This document shows, one piece after another, positions 1-7,266 of a DNA stretch of 32,000 nt. The position numbers and the translations under genes are program-made. The stretch's first letter is position 1; the number at the start of each line of letters is the position of its first letter. The notes beneath the pieces are model-generated. The model did not search any database. It worked only from the letters and a program-made list of their open reading frames with translations, and was not told the DNA's origin. Location: contig GG663744.1 of NCBI GenBank assembly GCA_000151265.1, positions 195,520 to 227,519 of the forward strand. Direction: 5' to 3'. This stretch comes from Micromonas pusilla (taxonomy: Eukaryota).

Positions 1-1307
1 CCGCGATGTAATCTTTGCAGATTTGCACCTCTTCGCGTTCTTCGCTGAGGAGCGCCTTGACGACGTCCCCGATCGTGACCATGCCCTCCATGCGCGCGTC
101 GTGCTCGCCGTCCGTGGACAGGCACGGGATGTGCCTGGAGACAGGATCGCGTAGGGGTTCGAAAAAGAAACGCACGCGTCAGAACGGTTACTACGTACGT
201 CGGGGCCAGAAAAAAAACAAAAAAAAAACAAAAAAAAAACCAAAACCCGTCGACGCCGACGACGCACCGTATGCGCTGCTCGGTCATGATCTCCATCGCC
301 GCGAGCACGGACGTGTCCGGGGTCACGCTCACGAGCGCGTTCGGCTCCTCGTCGAAGTCAGTCATCACCTCCCGGACGGTCGTGTCCTCCTTCACGCGCC
401 CTCTGGCCACCGCTCGAAGGTAGTCGCGCTCGGTCACGATGCCCTTGAGCGCGCCAACGCGCGGCGCCGCGCGCAGTTCGCTCTCGGTGATGACCTCGTT
501 CCCGTCCGCATCGAGCGCGCTGTTGTCCATCACGAGCAGCGCGCCGACGTCCGCGTCCGTCATCTGTCGCACGGCCTTTAGAATCCCGTCGTTCACGTCG
601 CAGAAGTGCGTCGCGCCCCAGAAGGAGAGCTTGTTGTGCTTGGCTTCGAGGATGTCTCGCATCACCGTGTGCGTGAAGACGCAGAAATCGTCGGCGATGT
701 TCGGGTTGTCGATGTCGTCCGCGGTCGCCTGTTTGTCTTTGGCGCGAGCGTTCGGGTCGAAGGGCGAGTGAAGCACGGCGTGGTCAGAGACCACGCCGCG
801 CTTCCCCGCCTTCTCTGCCGCCTTGAGCGCGCTGACGCGCAGCGCCGCCGCGGCCGCGACCTCGTGGCACATGCACTTGATCTTGTCCGGGGACGCCGCG
901 CGCTTCGCCTCCGCGCCGTGGAACTCGAAGTGGTACCTCGGCGCGTCCGCGTTGTCCGCGTTCGCGGGCGGCGGCGGCGGCGGCCTCTTCGCGGCGTCCT
1001 CCGCGCCGAGCGCGACGGCGGAGGAGGACGACTTCGAGCTGAACGCGTCGTGCGCGCCGTCGAGCGCGGACCACGGCGCGCTCGGGAGCTCGACGAGCCT
1101 CGGCGGCCACACGGCGCGGTCGAACGCGGTCGACGCCCACCAGCTCGTCGCCGCGCGCGACGGCGACGCGGCGAACGCGCGCGATGGCGACGGAGCGCGG
1201 GGAAAACCCCAACCCCGGGCGGGGAAAACCCCGCACTGGGGGGGTTTCCCCGCGAGGAGAGAAACGACGCGAGCGACGCGAGCTTCGGAGACGACGCGGG
1301 CGAGCAT
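1..1307 (-). CDS. CBS-pair domain protein (CBSX3-like). The 3' end runs off the left edge of the window. Exons 268..1307 and 1..134.
   Basis: The minus-strand frame is open from 1307 to the window edge. It is absent from the ORF track because there is no stop inside the window. Translation gives ...GILKAVRQMTDADVGALLVMD...LKGIVTERDYLRAVARG...TVREVMT...LVSVTPDTSVLAAMEIMTEQRIR|HIPCLSTDG...MEGMVTIGDVVKALLSEEREEV, which is two tandem CBS motifs. Third-position G/C bias is strong. Removing a 133-nt GTGCGT..CAG intron recreates the conserved RIRHIP motif. The ATG at 1307 is the first in-frame Met I see, but no upstream in-frame stop occurs before about 1460, so the start is tentative. Confidence 0.8.
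   Translation of the reverse strand, partial: MLARVVSEARVARVVSLLAGKPPQCGVFPARGWGFPRAPSPSRAFAASPSRAATSWWASTAFDRAVWPPRLVELPSAPWSALDGAHDAFSSKSSSSAVALGAEDAAKRPPPPPPANADNADAPRYHFEFHGAEAKRAASPDKIKCMCHEVAAAAALRVSALKAAEKAGKRGVVSDHAVLHSPFDPNARAKDKQATADDIDNPNIADDFCVFTHTVMRDILEAKHNKLSFWGATHFCDVNDGILKAVRQMTDADVGALLVMDNSALDADGNEVITESELRAAPRVGALKGIVTERDYLRAVARGRVKEDTTVREVMTDFDEEPNALVSVTPDTSVLAAMEIMTEQRIRCVVGVDGFWFFFCFFFVFFLAPTYVVTVLTRAFLFRTPTRSCLQAHPVPVHGRRARRAHGGHGHDRGRRQGAPQRRTRRGANLQRLHR
135..267 (-). other. Ordinary spliceosomal intron (133 nt) of the CBS gene
   Basis: On the sense (minus) strand the donor is ATACG|GTGCGT (GT at 267..266) and the acceptor is CTGTCTCCAG| (ending at 135). It is phase 2. 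It contains a long T-rich tract (plus-strand A-run 210..245). It has no similarity to the introner repeat. Confidence 0.75.
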
Positions 1308-1595
1308 GCGCGGCGACGGCGCGGCGGCGGCGGGGGCGGAGGCGCGAGAGGTCGGGGCTTCGCGCGGGCGGTTAGAGGACTCTGGAGCGCGTGCGCGTGG
1401 TCTGCGCGCGCGCGGGCGGGCCGGGGTCGTAACGGCACATGAAGACGCTGAGTCAGCATGACGCGTGTGCCACGACGGCCACGCGGCGTCGTCGCGTCCG
1501 AGGAACGTCGCGGGAACGCCGCGCGAACCGGTCGTCCCTTTCTTATTAATATTAAAAAATCGCTCCTCCTCTCGTCCTCCGCCCCGCCGCCGTGG

Positions 1596-4500
1596 TCACA
1601 AGCTCTGCACGTCGCGCCGCAGCTCGTCCAGCGCCTCCGACAGCCGATCCCTGGTCGCCTGCGACGCTTTCACGGCGTCCTCCGCGGCGACCGCGGCGTT
1701 CGCCCACGGCGTCGTCATCGCGCGCACGCGTCGCGTCGCGGCGCCGATCTCCCTCTGAGGTGCGTTCCATACAAAGCGATGTCGGGGTGGAGTTGAAAGG
1801 CGTCAGTTGGAGTTGAAAGGCGTCGAGGTCGGGGAATGAAAGCGAGGGGTGGGCGGAGAGATGCGCCGGGAAAAGTCCTTAAGGATCGGCGTTCACCACG
1901 CCAACGCGGTCGTATGGGAACCAGTGCACAGAACGCGCCTGAAACTCAGCCTCCATCGCGGCTTCCACGTCGGCCAGGAGCGCGTCGGCGGCGTCTCTCA
2001 CCTTCGCCTTCGCCTCCGCGCGCTTCAGCGGGAGAGATAACACGCTGACGTACCCCACCGCGGCGGTGAGCGCGAACGCGAGGACGTCCTCCGCGAGGTT
2101 GTCTAGGAACCCGGAGAGGAAGACGGCGACGACGAACGCGCCGCCGGCGGCGCCGACGGTTGAGTAGACGGCGTCTTTGACTTCGTTTTCGAGCGCGGCG
2201 GCGGCGGCGTCGTGGTCGAACCCCGCCGCGATCGCGAGCGTCGGCGTCCCGGGCTCGGCGGGGGTGAAGATCTTGCCGGAGGTGGCTCTCTTCTTCGTCG
2301 GGTCCTCGCCGGCTAACGCGTCGGCGACGACCGTTTTGGTGGTCTCCGCGGTCGCGTCCTTCGCGTCGTCGTCGTCGTCGTCGTCGTCGTCCTTATTCTC
2401 CGCCACACCTTTCACCACGTCACCCACCACGTCACCAATCCCATCGTCCGCCACGTCGTCCACGAACTCCGGGACGTCGAACCCGCGCGCGCGCACGGCC
2501 TCGTCGTACGCGCTCACCTGCCGCTCGTTGTTCCTTCGAAGCCACCCCGTGTGCTCTCTCAGCGCCGCCCGCAGATCCTCCTCCGCCCCCGCCAGCACCT
2601 GCGACTCGTACCGCTCGCGGATCTTCCCTCCGCCGCCGTCGCCCAAGACGTACGTCGCGAACAAATCCGACGCGTTCGTCAAGCGAAGCGTCTGGTCCAG
2701 GAGCTCGTCGCACCGCGCGGTCGCCTTCGAGACGCTGTCTCGCACCGCCTGCTTTTGCGACGAAAAGTCGCTCGCCATCGCCTCGACGTAAGCCGCCATG
2801 GCGTCGGCGACGCCCGTCGCGGCGGCCACCTCCGCGGCCGCGTCCGCTCTCTCCTCCGCGAGGACGTCCTCCGCGGCGGTGAACAGCATCGTTCCGACCT
2901 GGATCGGCGTCCCGAGCTTCAGGCGGAGGCCCTCGCCGGACGCGGTGGCGGCGTTCCCGTTCCCGCCGCCACCGCCGCCGCCGCCGCCGAGGAAGGACAG
3001 GACGTACTCTTCGAGCGCGTCGAACCCGCTCGGGGTCAAGCTCGCGCTCTCTTGCTTCGCCTTGAGCGCTCTCCTCGCGCTGACGGGCAACACCGTCGGA
3101 TCGGTCACGCCGAGAAGGCGCTTCGCGTTGTCCTCCACGAAGCCTTTCACCTCGGTCACGTCGTTCTCGCTGATCGTGTCGCACTTGTTCACGACGAAGA
3201 CCACCTTTTTGTCCCACTTGCGAATGTACTTTAAAAATGTCACCTCCGACTCCGTCATCGGCCGGTCCGCGGAGAGCACGAAGAGCACAAGGTCCGCGCG
3301 CGGCACGAACTCCTCCGTGAGTCTCTGCTGCCGCTCCAAGATGACGTTCGTCCCGGGCGTGTCCACGATGTTCACCTCCTTGAGAAGCTCCGCGGGGACG
3401 AGCTGCGTGTAGAACCCATCCTTGCTCTGCTCCGTGGCCGCCTTGTCGCCGTACCGCAACACCGTGATCTCGTTCGTCGTCGGGAGGATCCCCTCGCGCA
3501 GGTGCTTCTTTCCCAGTACGGCGTTGATAACGCTCGACTTACCGGCGTTAAATTCGCCGACGATGACGAGCAGGAACAGCTCCTCGAGCCCTCGGCGCGC
3601 TTCCACGAGCAGATTAATTTCCTCCAGAGCGCTCACCGACTCGGTCAGAAAGACGACGGCGTCGTCGAGGAGGCGCCGCTCGCGCTCGAGCAGCGCCTGC
3701 GCCTTCGCGTCGATCAACTTCCCGGCTAACCCGCCGCTCGAGGCCCTCGAGGTCGAACCCACGCCGGCTTCGTCGTCCCCGGTTTTTGCCGCGTTCGCCG
3801 CCGCCTTCGCGGCGAGCACCGCGGCGGTGGCGTCGGCGACTTGGTTCCCCGCCGCGTCCCCCGCCGCGGCGAGCGCCTTCTTCAACCCTTCCAGCGCGGT
3901 CGGGACCCCTTCCGCGGCGTCCGCGCTCGGCGGCGGCGTCTCCATCGCGACCCCCAGCGCGCCCGCCTCCGCGAGCGGCTTCACCCCCGCCCAGCCGACG
4001 ACGCCGCTCCACCCGTCGCGCGGCGGCGCGAACGTCGGGACTGAGATCTTCCCCGCGACGGCGGCGACGACGTCTTCGCTCGGCGCGACGATCAGGTCCG
4101 CGCCCTCTTTCGCGGCGACCAACGCCCCGCTCGCGTCGGTCACCTTACACGCGACGATCGCGGACGACGCCGCGAGGGACTTGCGCGCGACGACGACCGG
4201 GACGCCGTCGTCGCTGAGGAGGACGCCGTCCGCCTCCGCTGAGGGTCGTTCCATACAAGCGATTGTCGGGGTGGAGTTCAAAGGCGTCAGGTGGAGTTGA
4301 AAGGCGTCGAGGACGGGGATTGAAAGCGAGGGGTGGGCGGAGAGAGACGCCGGGCAAAGTCCTTAAGGATCGGCGTTCACCACGCCGACGCGGTCGTATG
4401 GGGACCAGTGTATAGAACGCACCTGACGCGGCGATGTCCGTGCGATCGGCGACGAGCATCGCCGCGCGTCCGCGCAGCGCCTCCTTGAGCGCGAGCGCGG

Positions 4501-5017
4501 CGTTGAAGAGGTCGCGCGTGGAGCTCACGCCGTTGGCGTCGGAGAGGACGACCGCGGTCGCGCCCGCGGCGACCGCGGCCTCGATCGCGGGCATCGTCTT
4601 CGAGACCTCGCCGTCCGCGTCGACGACGTCGGACGGCGCGACGGTGAAGGCGAACCCGGGGATGCGAACCTCGACGCGCTTCTTCGCGGCGAAGACGCCG
4701 CCGGCGTCGTCCTTCCTGTCCTTGTCCTTGTCCTTCCCGCCGCCGCCGCCGCCGAAGAGCTTGCCGATCGCGCTCGGGGGCGTCGTCGTCGACGCGCGGC
4801 GGCGACCGCGCGGAGGGATGGGGACGACGCGCGCGGCGAGGACCGAAGCGCGCGATCCGTGATGACGGCCCGCGATCGCGACGCGAGCGGAGACGACGGC
4901 CGCCGACGCGGCCGCGGCCGACGTCGGCGTCGCGCGCCGCGCGCGCGAGGCGCGGACGCGCGACGCGGACGGCGCGAGGGCGACGCCGCCCGCGCGCGTG
5001 GCGCTCGTGCCGTGCAT
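1596..5017 (-). CDS. FZL: FZO-like (FZL) dynamin-family membrane GTPase, with a transit-peptide-like N-terminus and a TenI/ThiE-like N-terminal domain. 3 exons: 4423..5017, 1939..4238, 1596..1754 (1017 aa).
   Basis: ORFs 4145..5017(-) and 1879..4281(-) join when the 184-nt repeat 4239..4422 is removed (phase 1: ...RTDIAAS|AEADGVLLSDDG...). Removing the second 184-nt repeat 1755..1938 (phase 0) joins ...EAAMEAEFQ|REIGAATRRV...LDELRRDVQSL*, with the stop at 1596..1598. GTPase motifs are GEFNAGKSS (G1), DTPGTN (G3) and NKCD (G4). Coiled-coil-like regions and a C-terminal hydrophobic hairpin (GAAGGAFVVAVFLSGFL...AFALTAAVGYVSVL) follow. The N-terminus is Ala/Arg/Ser-rich. The start is an ATG at 5017..5015. 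Confidence 0.85.
1755..1938 (-). mobile_element. Introner element copy forming the whole of FZL intron 2 (184 nt, GC..AG)
   Basis: It is near-identical to 4239..4422, 8500..8694, 11276..11456(+) and 14671..14878. The sense strand starts GCGCGTTCTGTGCACTGGTTCCCATACGACCGCG and ends GTATGGAACGCACCTCAG. Precise removal restores the frame into the terminal exon. Confidence 0.9.
4239..4422 (-). mobile_element. Introner element copy forming the whole of FZL intron 1 (184 nt, GT..AG)
   Basis: The sense strand reads GTGCGTTCTATACACTGGTCCCCATACGACCGCGTCGGCGTGGTGAACGCCGATCCTTAAGGACTTTGCCCGGCG...GTATGGAACGACCCTCAG. It is the only full-length copy with a canonical GT donor. Removal joins two ORF-track ORFs in phase 1. 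Confidence 0.9.
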
Positions 5018-5361
5018 CGCTCGTGGACGCGGACCGGCGGACGCCGCGCGCGCTGTGGATATCTGACATGATGCCGCCGACCCTGCTGTGGCTGGACAAG
5101 TGGCGTGCCTAATTTTTTCATTCGCCCTGGTTGGCTTTCACCGGTTCAGGGCGATTCAATATCGGTCAGTTGAAAGGCGACGCGATCAAATATTGAAACC
5201 GAGCGGTGGGAGATTTCGGCGGGAATCGAGCTCGGGATTTCCTGGACGAGACCTGAAGTTTTTGACGTCGCCGCCGCCGCGTCCAAACTGCTCCGTTCGA
5301 CCCGAAACTTCGTGGAGAGCTGCGTCACGTCGTGTAGACCATCGTGGGGGCAAAAGAAGAT

Positions 5362-5434
5362 TGATCCCGGCCTGACTCGAACAGACAACCTTCAGATCTG
5401 GAGTCTGACGCACTACCAATTGTGCTACGGAACC
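5362..5434 (-). tRNA. trnW-CCA: tRNA-Trp (anticodon CCA)
   Basis: The reverse complement GGTTCCGTAGCACAATTGGTAGTGCGTCAGACTCCAGATCTGAAGGTTGTCTGTTCGAGTCAGGCCGGGATCA folds as a cloverleaf by hand. The acceptor is GGTTCCG/CGGGATC, the D stem GCAC/GTGC, the anticodon stem TCAGA/TCTGA with loop CTCCAGA, and the T arm GTCTG-TTCGAGT-CAGGC. The discriminator is A. There is no encoded CCA and no intron. Confidence 0.9.
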
Positions 5435-6287
5435 GTAGGATCCCTCGAGCGTACGAGGGAGACTACCAGTGAGATTGGATCAGTGTCCGTTTACCGGAAT
5501 TTTAGAAATATATACCCTCGTTTCGATACCCATGCTTGAAATCTCCGCGTTAAAACGACGGTCTATTAACTCGACAACCCCAGGGACTGGCCGAGAACGC
5601 CTTGCCACGCAAGCGAGATTGCGTCCCATTGGCTGAGCGCTTTCGCTTTTTTTGGATTTTCCCAGAGGAGGGCACCGTCGTATGGACAAACAGTCAGAGG
5701 CGTACATCGTATCCGCTACTCCCGAAACCGCACCACCGCCGCGCATATAGCGGCGGTCCGCGGCGCGTCGCATCTAACTTCCGCACACACCCCAGTTCAC
5801 CCCCCCAAGCCGCGCGCAGTTCTTCGGAACTCACGCACCCGGTACGTCCGCGCGCGCGCCAGATCTTCGCCGCGCGCGTCTCGCGCCGTCGCCGTCGCGC
5901 GCTCTGCGGGGTTCGCGCCGAGCGGGCCCGATTCGTTTTTCAGCGCTTCTTCTCCCGCTTCCCCAAGAGACGCGCGCCGGAAGACGCGTCGACGCGCGGG
6001 GTCGATCCTCGACGCGCCGCGCGCAGAGCGGTGGGAACGTCGACGACGTCCGCGACGCGTCGTTCCCTCCGTCGCGGCGCGGCGGCGCGGCCGCGTCGCC
6101 GCTCGCGCGCGCGTCTCCGGCCGCGAACCCAACTCGGGGAAATGCGCCGCGCGTCGCTCGCGTCCAGCAGCGAGCGCGCCGCGCGAAGAAAAATCTCGCT
6201 CCGGAGAAACCAACACTGACCCCTCCTCCTCCACCTCCCTCCCTCCCTCTCGTCGCAGCACACTAAACCGACTCAAGAAACAGCACG

Positions 6288-6503
6288 ATGCCTTCCACGC
6301 AGCAAGTCTACACCGCTCTCTCCATCATCTCCCTCGGGTCCCTCATCGGCATGGGCGTCGCCGTCGGCAGCGGCGTCTCGATGATGTCCTTCGCGATGCT
6401 CGAGGAGGAGCAGAAGAACAAAGTCGCCGCCGCGTCCGTGGCGGAGAAGTCTTTCCGGCCCGTCGCGTCCGCGCGCGGGTTCGCCGCGTCGTCGTCCAAC
6501 TAA
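6288..6503 (+). CDS. Small (71 aa) hypothetical protein with one predicted transmembrane helix
   Basis: It is an ATG-initiated ORF with very strong G/C third-position bias, like the bona fide genes here. It has a hydrophobic segment, VYTALSIISLGSLIGMGVAVGSGVSMMSF, followed by a charged tail. It sits alone in an otherwise non-coding interval. I recognise no family. Confidence 0.5.
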   Translation: MPSTQQVYTALSIISLGSLIGMGVAVGSGVSMMSFAMLEEEQKNKVAAASVAEKSFRPVASARGFAASSSN

Positions 6504-7266
6504 ATCGAAATCATCACGTCGTGAACACACGGCGCGGCGCGTGCCCTGGTCGCTCCTGCACGCCGACCCGCGCGGGTCGTCATCTTCATGGATCACGCGC
6601 GCGGGAGGGGTGCGAGACGAACGGCCGGCGGTCGCGACGCGTCGTCGGTTCACGACGTTTGATTTTTTGGGTTTCGGCGACTGGCGACGAATGACGACTA
6701 TCTATAACTGTACAAAGACTTTAACGACGACAACGGCTGGCTGCGACGTGGAAGACGAGAAGAGCACACGATTTGGGGTGGGAAATACCACTTAACCGCG
6801 CGCGCGCTGTACGCGATATGCGCGCCGGCCCCTCATTCGCTTCTCGCGCACGGCTTCCTCATCGCTGAGAAAAAACAAAACCGCGAAGATCTCACTTGAA
6901 TTGAACACTCATCAGGGATTATACGGGCTCGACGATTGATTCATCGTCGGCGGCCGTTTCCTCGTGTAATTTATCACACAACCTGTATCGAGGAACGGCG
7001 GCGCCTTGGGGTTATTACGTACCCGGCGCGCGAGCCCATCCTTCATCGATCCTCAGAGTGCTGTACGCATACACTTCCGCGACGAGTTTGGTTTCTCAAT
7101 AAAAATTCATTCTTTGATGACTGTTCGACGTACAACCTACACGACCACGCGCACGTCTTCCTCGTCTCCCTCTCGCGTCTTCTCCTCCTCGTCGCCGCCG
7201 TCGTCGCATCTTACCCCCACCCGCACCCCATCATCACCGATCGCGTCCTCCCTCCGTCAGATCAGA

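Noticed and set aside
1788-1824. The direct repeats GACGCCTTTCAACTCCA recurring at several loci were considered as a CRISPR-like or minisatellite array.
   Set aside because: Each locus has only two units with a 3-6 nt spacer. They are always embedded in the same larger element, and the organism is eukaryotic.
1879-1938. Recurrent peptide tails in unrelated track ORFs (e.g. ...ARSVHWFPYDRVGVVNADP, ...RRVLYTGPRTTASAR, ...RRVLYTGSHTTAFAW, ...ARSISHWSPYDRVGVVHADP) that could be mistaken for a shared protein domain.
   Set aside because: They are read-through translations of the introner repeat at exon-intron junctions. The frame differs between hosts, and a stop always follows within the element.
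5435-5620. The lower-GC stretch next to tRNA-Trp was scanned for a second tRNA or an snRNA. The TGGCCGAG-like and TTCGATAC-like strings suggested one.
   Set aside because: I could not fold a cloverleaf on either strand. I saw no match to the U1, U2, U4, U5 or U6 hallmark sequences I remember. Only a 6-bp hairpin (CCCTCG/CGAGGG) is present.
5602-6276. ORFs 5602..6219(+), 5797..6276(-) and 5940..6263(-) in the interval upstream of the micro-ORF.
   Set aside because: Their translations are Arg-rich and motif-free. All three frames are open because of GC content. The region is more plausibly promoter or 5' UTR.
6504-7266. ORFs 6936..7568(+) and 7006..8118(+) in the AT-richer region downstream of the micro-ORF.
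   Set aside because: They start in non-coding, AT-richer sequence and then run antisense through the POLA2 last exon. They have no motifs and poor codon bias, so the region is likely the 3' UTRs of convergent genes.
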